Shown here in pieces: positions 39,613 through 49,648 of a stretch of DNA of 64,000 nucleotides. Source of the stretch: Bdellovibrionota bacterium (lineage in GTDB: Bacteria > Bdellovibrionota_C > UBA2361 > CALJRW01); NCBI GenBank assembly GCA_041740355.1, contig JBGSMD010000048.1:23912-87911 (forward strand), given 5' to 3'. The translations under genes and the position numbers were made by a program. The notes under the pieces were generated by a model. It saw only the letters and a program-made list of their open reading frames with translations. It was not told the origin of the DNA and searched no databases. The stretch's first letter is position 1. Each line of letters begins with the position of its first letter.

Positions 39613-40872
39613 TTGATCAATAAGAAATCAAAAGTAATCATTATCGGAGCAGGTTTTGCCGGACTACAATTAGTCGAGAACCTATCAGAAGACTATTTTG
39701 AGATATTGTTAATTGATAAGTTAAATCATCATCAGTTTCAACCTCTTTTTTATCAAGTTGCTACATCTCAAATTGAACCAAGTAGTATTTCCTTTCCACT
39801 AAGGAAAATCTTCCAAAAAAGAAGTAATTTGCAAATTAGAATGGCAGAAGTTTCTGAAATCATCCCGACTTTAAAAAAGGTTTGCACAAATTTGGGCGAT
39901 TTTGGATATGATTATCTAATTATTGCGACAGGCTGTCAGACTAATTATTTTGGCAATCCGCGTATCGAGCAATATTGCTATGGCCTCAAAACCACCTATG
40001 ATGCTATTAAAATCAGAAATGCCCTATTACTAAATTTTGAAAAATGGATTTCAGCAAATCAGGAGGAACTAGAGCTGCTTTCTAATATAGTTATTGTCGG
40101 AGGTGGCCCAACCGGGGTAGAGCTTGCAGGCTCACTAGCTGAAATCAAGAAGAATATTTTACCGAAAGATTTTCCAAAGATAGATTTTAATTTGCTAAAT
40201 ATTCAGTTATTGGAAGGTAGTCCAGCAACACTAAATAACATGAGTGATTATGCAAAAGCTGCATCCCGAGAGTATTTATTAGAACTTGATGTTAAAATCA
40301 GGACTGGTATTTTTGTAAAAGATTATGATGGGACTACCGTAACCCTAAACACTAATGAAACAATAAAAAGCTCTTTTGTAATTTGGGCTGCTGGAGTTAA
40401 GGGAAACATAGTTAATGGTTTAGAGTCTGCCGTAATTAAGAATAACAGATATCAGGTAGATCGTTATAATCAGGTTAATGGTTTTGATCAGATTTATGCG
40501 GTAGGTGATATTGCCCAAATGGAAACTCCAAGATTTTCAAATGGCCATCCACAATTAGCAAATGTAGCTATAAATCAAGCAAAGAATTTAGCTAGAAACA
40601 TGCAACGTGAAAAGCTTGGCAAGTCGCGTCGAGAATATGAATATACCAATTTAGGAACTATGGCGACGATAGGTAAGCATAAAGCGATTGTTGATTTACC
40701 CTTTCTGGAATTTAAAGGTTTTATTGCTTGGTTTTTTTGGATGTTTCTACACTTAATGTTAATTCTCAGTGTCCGCAACAAGTTAATTATCTTTATTCAC
40801 TGGGCCTGGAACTACTTCTCCAAAGACACTTCTCTCAGGTTAATACTTAGAGATTATAATAAACATCCATAA
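39613..40872 (+). CDS. ndh: Type II NADH:quinone oxidoreductase
   Basis: IIGAGFAG, FQPLFYQVAT, VGGGPTGVELAG, WAAGV, GTMATIG. The likely start is TTG 39613 (track start 39532). Confidence 0.92.
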   Translation: MINKKSKVIIIGAGFAGLQLVENLSEDYFEILLIDKLNHHQFQPLFYQVATSQIEPSSISFPLRKIFQKRSNLQIRMAEVSEIIPTLKKVCTNLGDFGYDYLIIATGCQTNYFGNPRIEQYCYGLKTTYDAIKIRNALLLNFEKWISANQEELELLSNIVIVGGGPTGVELAGSLAEIKKNILPKDFPKIDFNLLNIQLLEGSPATLNNMSDYAKAASREYLLELDVKIRTGIFVKDYDGTTVTLNTNETIKSSFVIWAAGVKGNIVNGLESAVIKNNRYQVDRYNQVNGFDQIYAVGDIAQMETPRFSNGHPQLANVAINQAKNLARNMQREKLGKSRREYEYTNLGTMATIGKHKAIVDLPFLEFKGFIAWFFWMFLHLMLILSVRNKLIIFIHWAWNYFSKDTSLRLILRDYNKHP

Positions 40873-40981
40873 GTAATTAAGAATAGTAGTTCTAACAAGC
40901 ATACGTACAGTTTAATTCTTAAGAGAAATGATCTTTCATTACTATACTTCATGATTCTAATCATACTCGATGATGAGACCC

Positions 40982-41707
40982 GACTCTGATAAAGAGGAGC
41001 ATGGCTATTTGATCTAGCCAGAAATATTTATAACTAATCAGTATGGTATAAATGTTGCGCAGACAAATAAAACAAGTGATTATCTTCAAAGTAATGAAGA
41101 TTGGTGGACTAAGTCCAAAGACAATGGAAAATATCTTCGTACTGTAGCATTCGATGAAAGCTCAAACACTTATGCCCTCGATCTGAGCACAAGCATAATA
41201 GACTCAAAAGGAAATTTTCTAGGTGTTATTAAGGTATTAATCGATCTCAAAAGCCTAGGAGACAAACTGAAGTTTTTTGCTGTGAGAGCAAATCAGAAAA
41301 TCAGTCTGCTTAATAGTGATGGAAAAGTTCTTTTCAGCACCGACCTTAAACGTAAAGTATTGGAAGACGGGAGTAGTCTACTTCATGGCACTACTATCAT
41401 GAAATCCAATGAGTTTAAACATTACATTAATCATGTTGTTGTATCTGATACTAAATCATTTTCCGTTCTGAATAATTTTGAAATTAGTCGGGGGATCAGA
41501 GATCTTGGTTGGTTTCTAATTGTTCAATCTCCCGAAATCGAAGTCATGAAATCTGTTTTTCAAATTGATAAGTTGATTAAGTTTCTAATTATTTCACTAT
41601 TTATAAGCCTTGTAATCCTGTTACTCTTTTTTTTCTTATCCCTAAAATGTTTATTTAGATCTAATCTTGCTATGCCTAGCGACTTAACAATTCTTGGCCT
41701 AGCGTAA
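40982..41707 (+). pseudogene. Remnant of a dCache-type sensor (kinase or chemoreceptor) gene
   Basis: In frame upstream of the tracked ORF: GYLI*PEIFITNQYGINVAQTNKTSDYLQSNEDWW...FDESS...D..GNFLGVIK. TAG at 41015-41017, no N-terminal TM, and the ORF ends just after the TM2-like helix. Confidence 0.75.
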
Positions 41708-41872
41708 TTTCTATATAAAGATTCAAGGAATCGATTTCTGTTGGAAGAAAAAGTTTTTTGTCTTTCAACAACTTATTAAATCATTGCTCTTCATCTACTT
41801 AAAGCTCATAGTGTAGAAGTATCTGGTGGCTAATATCCTAAAAAAATAGTTTCAATAAACATCTGCTTATTA

Positions 41873-41902
41873 CTGACCACTTCCTATTATAGAAGTGGTC
41901 AG
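41873..41902 (-). terminator. Probable intrinsic terminator
   Basis: CTGACCACTTC-N8-GAAGTGGTCAG 11-bp stem just downstream of the IMPase gene, between convergent genes. Confidence 0.65.
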
Positions 41903-41918
41903 ATGTTAAAAGCTGATT

Positions 41919-42902
41919 TTATGATATCATAGTCATTTCTGCATGATCATCGGTGATTACATTAATTCTTAATGGGTCTTTCTGTCCAAGTTCAATTAAT
42001 TTCTCTGCCAAATTTCTGTTTCTAGCAATTACAATTGGACCAGTACTATCTAGTTGATATGTATTGCCATTGGATTGTAGAATAACTCCACCTGCATTTT
42101 CCACAATTAATTTAATTGGAGCGATATCCCAAATCTCCTGTTTTATTTTTGCAGAGTTGTTATCGTGGATTACAGCAACAGGCCCATCAGCTAAAAGTAT
42201 ACGACAAGCAATCGAAGAATGAGGAGGTTCTACTGTAACCATCGCAGCTCCGTCCGTGGTTCTTAAGTTGCTTCGAAGATTATTAAAGAAGCTGGTTTCA
42301 TACTGACAATCTCCATAATGGTTTAATGCCACCCAAGAAGTTTGCAAATCAACTGAAAGATTATTTGTCCGGAGATCTTCCATTTCATTCTTTGAATAGT
42401 AAAATGAGCCTTTACCAGCTACGGCAAAAAACCATTCTTCTGTAATCGGTAGATACACTATCGCTATTTCAATTTGTAGATTGTTCTGCATTGCGATCAT
42501 TACTGCTGGATGTTTCGGATTAGTTTTAAAATGAAAGGCAGAAGTTCCATCTAATGGATCTACTATCCAAGAAGGTTGTTCCCTTCTAAAATTATGATCA
42601 AGATCTTCTTCAGAAATAATTATAATTTGCGGAGTCTCTTTTTTAAGAATTTCTAATATTACTTGATTTGACTGGAGGTCAATCTCTGTAACAAAGTCAC
42701 CAATGCCTTTAGCTTGTAAGTTATTGCTTGAGCTGATCATTGCAAAAGCTTTGGCAATAATCTCTCCTGCTGCCGAGCAAGCCTCCGCTGCGGTTAGTCC
42801 ATATTCATGAAGTGCCGCCAGATGACTGATTGCCAGTAAGTTATGATTGCATGGCATTCGAGCCGGTTTAAGTTCTGAAGTTTGTTGTTGATTTGGTCCC
42901 AT
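41919..42902 (-). CDS. Inositol monophosphatase family phosphatase
   Basis: DFVTEID, IISEE, WIVDPLDGT, WDIAP...VENAGG. Confidence 0.9.
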   Translation of the reverse strand: MGPNQQQTSELKPARMPCNHNLLAISHLAALHEYGLTAAEACSAAGEIIAKAFAMISSSNNLQAKGIGDFVTEIDLQSNQVILEILKKETPQIIIISEEDLDHNFRREQPSWIVDPLDGTSAFHFKTNPKHPAVMIAMQNNLQIEIAIVYLPITEEWFFAVAGKGSFYYSKNEMEDLRTNNLSVDLQTSWVALNHYGDCQYETSFFNNLRSNLRTTDGAAMVTVEPPHSSIACRILLADGPVAVIHDNNSAKIKQEIWDIAPIKLIVENAGGVILQSNGNTYQLDSTGPIVIARNRNLAEKLIELGQKDPLRINVITDDHAEMTMIS

Positions 42903-42975
42903 CTTTTAGTTCCTAATAAAGTTAATCGAGTTATTAAAATTGATTTATGTCGATTAGCGCAAAACTTAGTGCATA

Positions 42976-43005
42976 TGATCCGTTTTCATGCTAATAAACG
43001 GATCA
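42976..43005. promoter_or_regulatory. Candidate operator, 10-bp perfect inverted repeat
   Basis: TGATCCGTTT-N10-AAACGGATCA ending 2 nt before the ATG at 43008, between divergent genes. Confidence 0.6.
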
Positions 43006-43007
43006 AT

Positions 43008-43994
43008 ATGAAACTTTCCGATCAAGAAAAGAGAATTCTAGCTACAGTTGAATTATCAGCTGATCAAACTGTGCCAGAGATAGCTCGTAAGACTAGATTG
43101 CATAGCTCTACAGTTCAGCGTCATCTAACAAATCTAATTGCAAGTGGTGTCATCGTTGGAAGAACGACAATAATTGACCTTGCTAGGCTCGGCTTAGTCG
43201 AACATGGATTTTTTGTCTCACTAGAAGGTGAAGCAAAGTTAATCGAATCATTTCTTAATGAATTAATAAAACATGCTAAGGTTAGTTGGGTGGCAGAAGT
43301 TGGTGCCAAATATGACTTAATGTTTAACGTAGTAGCTAGTCACCCCCGAGAAGTAATTTCTTTTCTTGATAACTTGACTGCGAAATATTCCGGTATCTTT
43401 CGCGCGAAAGAAATTATTGTTCGAACGGAACGGTATCGTTACTGGCGAAGATATTTAGCTAGTAGCGTTAGAAAGACCGCCCAATTTGCTTTAGGGTCAG
43501 TGGGGGAGCAGATTACGATAGATCAGCGAGATCGAGTAATTCTAATCGAACTTAGTCGAACAAAATTAGAATCATTTCGGGAGCTAGCTTCACGTTGTGA
43601 CTTACCTATTACTTCATTCCTAAGAAGAGTACAGGCTCTTCGTGACTCTGGTTTAATACTAGGATTTGGATATCGTTTAAATTTAGACTTACTTAGTGTT
43701 CAACAATACCGAGTCCTGATTTCTGTGCCTGATAGCTCAGCCAATTGTTTTCTTAAGCTAAAAAAGTATTGCGAAGATACTGGTAATATTAAGTTATTAA
43801 CAAGATCTTTGGGGGCATTCGATTTTGATTTGGAAGTAGATATTCCCAGCGGAGAAGATATTCGCAGAATTGTACGAGATCTTAAAGATCTATTGCATAA
43901 TATTCGGCCTGAAATCCAAACTATTCCCATTTTTAAACATCGTAAGTACATTGCTTTTCCAGTTGGAGAGAAGATTGGAGATAATAAATTTTGA
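43008..43994 (+). CDS. Tandem (double) Lrp/AsnC-family transcriptional regulator
   Basis: Two HTH plus RAM modules (LSDQEKRIL..EIARKT; IDQRDRVIL..RELASRC; G.YDL and G.FDF). Likely start MKLSD at 43008. Confidence 0.88.
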   Translation: MKLSDQEKRILATVELSADQTVPEIARKTRLHSSTVQRHLTNLIASGVIVGRTTIIDLARLGLVEHGFFVSLEGEAKLIESFLNELIKHAKVSWVAEVGAKYDLMFNVVASHPREVISFLDNLTAKYSGIFRAKEIIVRTERYRYWRRYLASSVRKTAQFALGSVGEQITIDQRDRVILIELSRTKLESFRELASRCDLPITSFLRRVQALRDSGLILGFGYRLNLDLLSVQQYRVLISVPDSSANCFLKLKKYCEDTGNIKLLTRSLGAFDFDLEVDIPSGEDIRRIVRDLKDLLHNIRPEIQTIPIFKHRKYIAFPVGEKIGDNKF

Positions 43995-44108
43995 TTTCTT
44001 AAGCATTAATATTAATCGTAGCTGAATAAGGCCTGTAAATTCTCCTAATTGAGCAAAGCAGAATTTTCTTCTATTCTAGAATCAAATTCATACAAACTAT
44101 TATTAATT

Positions 44109-44990
44109 ATGTTAGCTTATAATCCACGAGATTGGTTTCATGCCACATTCTCCCTCCATCGTTCTGAAACTCTGCTCAAGTTATTTCCATTAATACTACT
44201 AGTCGCTGCTTACTCTTGGTTAATAGCATATTGGGAATTAGAATATCTAAAGCTATCGTCTGCCAGCCAAATTAAAAATCTACCTCAAATACATGGATTA
44301 TTAGGATTCGTAATTTCAATCTTAATAGTTTTTAGAACCAACACTGCCTATGATCGTTGGTGGGAGGCCCGAAAGCTTTGGGGACAACTAGTTAATAACA
44401 GTCGGAGTCTGGCAATCAAGTTGCAAGCTATGCTTGGCGCCGAAGAAAAAATTTCACGTAATTTTTTTCAAGAGACTATTCCTTTATTTGCTGACACTTT
44501 GATGCATCATCTCCAGTCTAGTGAAACGCGCTTCATGCTAGATGAACAAGAGCATCCTGAATTTGATTCATTAGATAAAGAAAAGCACGGCCCAAATCAA
44601 ATTGCTGCGCTTATTTTCAAGAGAATCAATTCTCTTTACCTAGAGAAAAAAATTACTGGTGATCAATTGATAGTTTTAAATCAAGAAGTTCATTCCTTTT
44701 CCGATATTTGTGGAGCCTGTGAGCGAATCAAAAATACTCCAATACCACATTCTTACAGTTCATTTATTAAGAAATTTATTTTTATTTATGTTCTTACACT
44801 CCCTTTCGGTTATGTCGTTTCATTAGGTTATCTAGTAATTCCTGCTGTTGCCTTCGTCTTCTATATTTTGGCTTCGATGGAATTAATCGCCGAAGAAATT
44901 GAAGATCCTTTTGGTACTGAAAATAATCATCTGCCACTGGGAAAAATTGCTGAGAATATTCATAAGCATGTGGATGAGATTTTTGTATAA
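44109..44990 (+). CDS. Bestrophin-family ion channel
   Basis: VFRTNTAYDRWWEARKLWG, GACERIKNTPIP, EEIEDPFG. Likely start at 44109. Confidence 0.93.
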   Translation: MLAYNPRDWFHATFSLHRSETLLKLFPLILLVAAYSWLIAYWELEYLKLSSASQIKNLPQIHGLLGFVISILIVFRTNTAYDRWWEARKLWGQLVNNSRSLAIKLQAMLGAEEKISRNFFQETIPLFADTLMHHLQSSETRFMLDEQEHPEFDSLDKEKHGPNQIAALIFKRINSLYLEKKITGDQLIVLNQEVHSFSDICGACERIKNTPIPHSYSSFIKKFIFIYVLTLPFGYVVSLGYLVIPAVAFVFYILASMELIAEEIEDPFGTENNHLPLGKIAENIHKHVDEIFV

Positions 44991-45017
44991 GGTATAAATT
45001 GTTTTAGAAGGACTCTG

Positions 45018-45350
45018 ATGAAAGAAAATCAGCAAAGATTACAAGAAGTTAAAGCCTTAAATGATCTGCGTAAGTTTTTAAAAAGTCCAGACAATGAAAC
45101 AAAAAAGAAAAAGTTTCAAATCAGAATATTACAAATAGTCGGTTTTCTTATTCTATTTCTTTGTTTTTTATTCACCGTTTCTCTTAAAGAGTATCCTCTA
45201 ATTTTGATTGGCTTAGCAATTATTTCTGGAATATCGTTTAGTGTTGCAACGCTAACAGCGATATCTTTAGAGCAGTGGCCAATACTTTCAAAGCATTTGA
45301 GTTTGGAAAGTATTGAACAACGACTTAGAGAACTAGTAATTGAAGATTAA
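45018..45350 (+). CDS. Small 2-TM hypothetical protein
   Basis: 110-aa ORF with an AAGGA RBS-like sequence and two hydrophobic helices. Confidence 0.7.
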   Translation: MKENQQRLQEVKALNDLRKFLKSPDNETKKKKFQIRILQIVGFLILFLCFLFTVSLKEYPLILIGLAIISGISFSVATLTAISLEQWPILSKHLSLESIEQRLRELVIED

Positions 45351-45447
45351 GAGAAACTAATTATAGTTATGACATAAAGTAATTACCTACAAAAATTACT
45401 TTATGGACTTACTATATCAAACACTTTTAATTTATTCATTGAAATAA

Positions 45448-47058
45448 TCAGAGAGTTTTTGCTAGTTTCTTTGCATATTCCATATTGCGGTCTTGGCACC
45501 CTTTGGGACCAACATGTAGGAGGTGAAGGTCTCTGCCTAATATTGTAAAGTAAATTCTATAGCCAGCTAAAAGATGAAGTTTTGATTCTAAGACAGAATC
45601 GCCAAGGTATCTAATGTGTCCGAAATGCCCTTTCTTCATCCGATCAATAGTTTTTTTTATTTTCTCAAAGACTATTTCTTCGAATTCCAATTTTAGATCA
45701 GAAAATTTAAAATGGAATTTTAGTTGATATGAGTTTATAGGTTTGCTAACAACTTTTTTGGAATCACTTTCACCAGCTGGGGCCTCCGATCCAAATTTGT
45801 TGGTCCTTTTGGATGCACTTAGTGAAGAAATGCGGGAATTAGATAAAATATCCACATAAGCTTGGTTATAGATTTGCTCGGGACTATTTCCAGCCTGAAG
45901 TCTTTCTAAGACATCAGTATATTCAATGCTAGTTTTTCTAACTGCTAGGAATAATTTCCTTGACCAATGCTTTATTTCCGAAGGTTTTAATTCGGAGAAA
46001 TACTGAGTGACCGCAGCATTCAATCCACTTTTTAATTCAGCATAAATATCACTTTTAATTTCCGGATGTTCTTGAGGAGCCACAACATAGGTAGGAAAAA
46101 ACTCTCTTAAAAACTTTGGTAGATCTTTTCGAAGAAAACATTCTTTGGCTAATTTCTTCAAGTCATCTGCTGTCACTGAAATTTTGTTATCTTGTATAAA
46201 AGATCGTAGGACTAAAATATTATTAAAACCCTTGGACTCACAAAACTTCCAAGGTCGGTTAGTAAATTCCTTTGCCCATGCTTTTAGATCCGCTGGTTCT
46301 AGCGTTAGATCTAAATTCTTAGTACAATCATTGATTAACTGAATAGTAAACATTAAGGGAACAGCTTCCTTAATTGTTTTTAAAGCGATTATTCCGAGTG
46401 GGCCATAATTGCCAATCGTGAATTCGGTTGCTTGTGGAATAAAATGTTGTCGAATAATTAATTCCGAGTAACGAAGACCTTCAGCTGCGGTAATAAATTT
46501 TTGAAAGTGAGGAAGGGTGGCAAAGGCTTCGAGCCCTAATGTACTGATATGTAGATCTTTTTCTGCTGATCGTTCAATGAGCTCTCGATTCCGATAGTCA
46601 TTTATCTGCTGACGAAAAGCACTCACTATTCCTTGCTCCTGTTTTTTTAAGGTACTATGTAGTGTGGGATTATATTTTCGATCAAATGGATCAAAAGAGT
46701 TGTACCTGTCCCAGACTAATTCACGGATCATTTCTTGGCCCCAACTAGGTAAATGACTAAATTGAATACTCCGATTAGTTTGATATTCCTTAGCGGTGGA
46801 AGAATCTGCGGAATTAATATACGAAAGCAAAAGAGGTGCCGAAAGCACACGATTTCTTTCTTCAAAATTTCCTAGGTATCTAACAGAGTAGTACTTACTA
46901 CTATCCTTTCTAAGCAGATCGACAAACTTGCTTGGGTCAAACGCTGCATGTTTTAGATCCCCTTCAGGATGAGGTTTAAATCCTATCTGACAAGCAGGGT
47001 TAAACAGAATGTTTGAAAAATGATTCCAGGCGATGCCTAGTTTTTTACTTAATTCCAT
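45448..47058 (-). CDS. Large hypothetical protein with a C-terminal RelE/HigB-like (addiction-module killer type) domain
   Basis: C-terminus KIKKTIDRMKKGHFGHIRYLGDSVLESKLHLLAGYRIYF...LLHVGPKGCQDRNMEYAK. Confidence 0.75.
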   Translation of the reverse strand: MELSKKLGIAWNHFSNILFNPACQIGFKPHPEGDLKHAAFDPSKFVDLLRKDSSKYYSVRYLGNFEERNRVLSAPLLLSYINSADSSTAKEYQTNRSIQFSHLPSWGQEMIRELVWDRYNSFDPFDRKYNPTLHSTLKKQEQGIVSAFRQQINDYRNRELIERSAEKDLHISTLGLEAFATLPHFQKFITAAEGLRYSELIIRQHFIPQATEFTIGNYGPLGIIALKTIKEAVPLMFTIQLINDCTKNLDLTLEPADLKAWAKEFTNRPWKFCESKGFNNILVLRSFIQDNKISVTADDLKKLAKECFLRKDLPKFLREFFPTYVVAPQEHPEIKSDIYAELKSGLNAAVTQYFSELKPSEIKHWSRKLFLAVRKTSIEYTDVLERLQAGNSPEQIYNQAYVDILSNSRISSLSASKRTNKFGSEAPAGESDSKKVVSKPINSYQLKFHFKFSDLKLEFEEIVFEKIKKTIDRMKKGHFGHIRYLGDSVLESKLHLLAGYRIYFTILGRDLHLLHVGPKGCQDRNMEYAKKLAKTL

Positions 47059-47447
47059 ATCAGTAATTTAAAATTTAGGAATTAAATGTTTGGATGAAAA
47101 GATTGTAGCAACGAAATCTTTTATGGCGAAACGACTGTTTGGAAAATATTCTATAAGGAAAAAATCCAACATTTGCCTAGCAACGTCCGCACAACTTAGA
47201 AGGATAATATTTAGTAATATTTTTTCGTAATTTAACATAATTAGTGCTTCAGAATTTGGATAAAGAATCTCATAATTTTAATCCTAAGCAATGGTTTTAG
47301 GTCCAGGTAAGACCTCCTGGTCCTTAGATTTGCCAAAATAGTTGGAAATTGATTAATTTATTTCGTAAAATTCGATATTTTCTCGAATATATTTGATTTA
47401 TTGAAGTATTTTTGTAACAGCTTTGATTGTTTTTTCATAACAACTCT

Positions 47448-47930
47448 ATGGACCCAATTAGCGATAATATTATTAACATCAGTACTGCGCCAAAAGATTT
47501 AGGCCGAACAAGGTGGCTCTTAAAATGCACGAATGCGATCATTGGAGATGAACGAGAAAGAATTGCTCTTCTAGAAACCCAAATCAAAGTACTTGAACGG
47601 ACTCCGGCTGGAGGATTCTTCACTCCGGACATTCATTGTGTCCCCGGCAAGTGGAGTAGTTTGTCATGGAAAGATTCTAATGGAATCGAACACCGCGTAG
47701 AAGATGCCTCATTTTCTAAATGTCTGCTGAAGCATTTAGAATCTCAACCAAAAAAAATCTTAGGACTCGTTGCGGTTATTGCAGTGGGAGTTGCTTCGGC
47801 ATCTATACTTGGCGAAGTTTATCAGAGAGCTGAATCAAATGGTACTTTAGATGCTATTGAGAAAACAGCTCAGCAAGGACTTTATCGCGTTCTTGAACAA
47901 GCATTGGAAATTCGTGACAAGCATTTCTAA
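47448..47930 (+). CDS. Hypothetical protein with one TM helix
   Basis: ORF of about 160 aa; ATG 47448 preferred over TTG 47427. Confidence 0.6.
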   Translation: MDPISDNIINISTAPKDLGRTRWLLKCTNAIIGDERERIALLETQIKVLERTPAGGFFTPDIHCVPGKWSSLSWKDSNGIEHRVEDASFSKCLLKHLESQPKKILGLVAVIAVGVASASILGEVYQRAESNGTLDAIEKTAQQGLYRVLEQALEIRDKHF

Positions 47931-48000
47931 GATTTCTTTGAATAAATTAAATTTTCATTCATCTACACTGCAAGATTTAATTTAAAATGAAGTAAATTCT

Positions 48001-48339
48001 ATGAATATGTGGCCAAAAGAGCAAAATATTGGAAACTGCCGAATTCACCCTCGAGTAAACACGCTACTCGGAGATAAAAGTTCATACACATACACAAATT
48101 CTAAAAGTAAATTGACTGTTGGTGTGATCTACAAAGATGGCTTGGGCAAAATTATTATAAATAATAAAGAAGTTGCCACTAAAACTAGAAATAGTTGGAC
48201 TGCAACTTCTGGTGATTATACTTTGGGTGAGATAGAAAATGTTTTGTACAAAATGCCAGTAAAGTCGGTTCGCTCATATGATATCACTTCTGCTCCGGAC
48301 TTTTCTTCCTGTTATTTTAGAGGAATGTCTGGACTTTAG
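48001..48339 (+). CDS. Hypothetical protein, possibly a fragment
   Basis: 112-aa ORF with no recognised motif. Confidence 0.45.
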   Translation: MNMWPKEQNIGNCRIHPRVNTLLGDKSSYTYTNSKSKLTVGVIYKDGLGKIIINNKEVATKTRNSWTATSGDYTLGEIENVLYKMPVKSVRSYDITSAPDFSSCYFRGMSGL

Positions 48340-48486
48340 AAGTTTCAATAATGATTGTAATTAAAAGATTAATGCGGATAACAATCTCATGTCAGGAAAA
48401 CCTTCAATAATTTTTGCAAACCAAAACAGACACAGCCTAATGCTTAGGCATTAAAACTATACTTGTAGGTTAACTAACAATTTATT

Positions 48487-49575
48487 TTAGTCTTTAAGTT
48501 CAACAACTTTTCCGCCCTTAATAACTTTTAATTGAACAGGGTACTTGTAGTAAGGTCCATCAGTCAGATTATTAATATAAGTAAATTTACCACCAACTCC
48601 GTTTTGTTCCGAAATGCTTTGTAATTTTTTCATGAGATCCTCGGCAGCAACTGGCATTGTTTGATCATTAAACAAATGTCCAATTAGAGTGGCCATGTCA
48701 TAAGAATTTCCAGCAAAGGTAATTTGCGAATCATTTTTAAAGATCTCCTGATATCTGACTCTAAAAGCATCTGTTAGTCCAAGGTTTGGATAAACAGCAT
48801 TCTCCATGCCACCATTTGCCATATCAATCTCTGATTTACTTTCAAAGAAATCTGCTCCGAAAGTTGGAATACTAACTGCTTGTGCTGCTAGTTGTTTATA
48901 AAAAGTACTGATTTGCCCGGAAATCAAAAAAACCCCAAGATAATCGTATTTCTTTGTTTTAATTTTACTAATCGTCGATCGGAAATCTTGATCGGACATT
49001 TGGTGACTATTAACAATTTCTAGGGAGATCTCCTTTGGTAGATTTTTTACTAAACCGTCATAGAGCCCTTGAACATAACTATTCTCAACAATTACAACAC
49101 CTATTTTCTTGGCCTGCTTTTTGACTAGGTGAGGTACTAAAACCTTTGAAAAGTCTTCCACTGAGTTGATGGTTCTTATTATATACTTACGATCCTTAGT
49201 AATTTTAGGATCAGAGGACATGGCGATCATCGGTTGTTTGCGAGATTCAGCCAGCGAGGCTAAGGCTTCGCTAGTTGGATTTCCCCAGTTGTAAACCAAA
49301 TCAACTTTTTTAATATTAACTAAATCATTAAAAATACTCACCGCCTTCCTAGGATCCCACTCGGAATCTTCCATGATAAATTCTATATTTGTGAATAATT
49401 CTGGCTGGTCTTTAATTGCCAGTTCTATGGAATTCTTGGTTGCCACGCCATATTCAGCTAATGCCCCTGAGAGAGGAGCTATTAGTCCTACTGTAAACTT
49501 CTTGTTTTCTTCGGCAATAACTGAAAGATGACAGCTAAAAAAAATAGAAAAAATTATTAGAATATTTTTAAGCAT
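48487..49575 (-). CDS. LivJ-like ABC substrate-binding protein, orphan
   Basis: Signal peptide, VGLIAPLSGALAEYG, EDSEWDPRKAVS, DFRSTISK. Confidence 0.88.
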   Translation of the reverse strand: MLKNILIIFSIFFSCHLSVIAEENKKFTVGLIAPLSGALAEYGVATKNSIELAIKDQPELFTNIEFIMEDSEWDPRKAVSIFNDLVNIKKVDLVYNWGNPTSEALASLAESRKQPMIAMSSDPKITKDRKYIIRTINSVEDFSKVLVPHLVKKQAKKIGVVIVENSYVQGLYDGLVKNLPKEISLEIVNSHQMSDQDFRSTISKIKTKKYDYLGVFLISGQISTFYKQLAAQAVSIPTFGADFFESKSEIDMANGGMENAVYPNLGLTDAFRVRYQEIFKNDSQITFAGNSYDMATLIGHLFNDQTMPVAAEDLMKKLQSISEQNGVGGKFTYINNLTDGPYYKYPVQLKVIKGGKVVELKD

Positions 49576-49648
49576 AGAATTTAATTTTAAATATTATTTA
49601 ATTTGCTAAACATCATAGGCTCCCTTAGTACCCAACGCAATAAATTAA

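Noticed and set aside
45018-47058. Classical type II toxin-antitoxin pair
   Set aside because: The small neighbour is a convergent membrane protein, not a co-transcribed HTH/RHH antitoxin.
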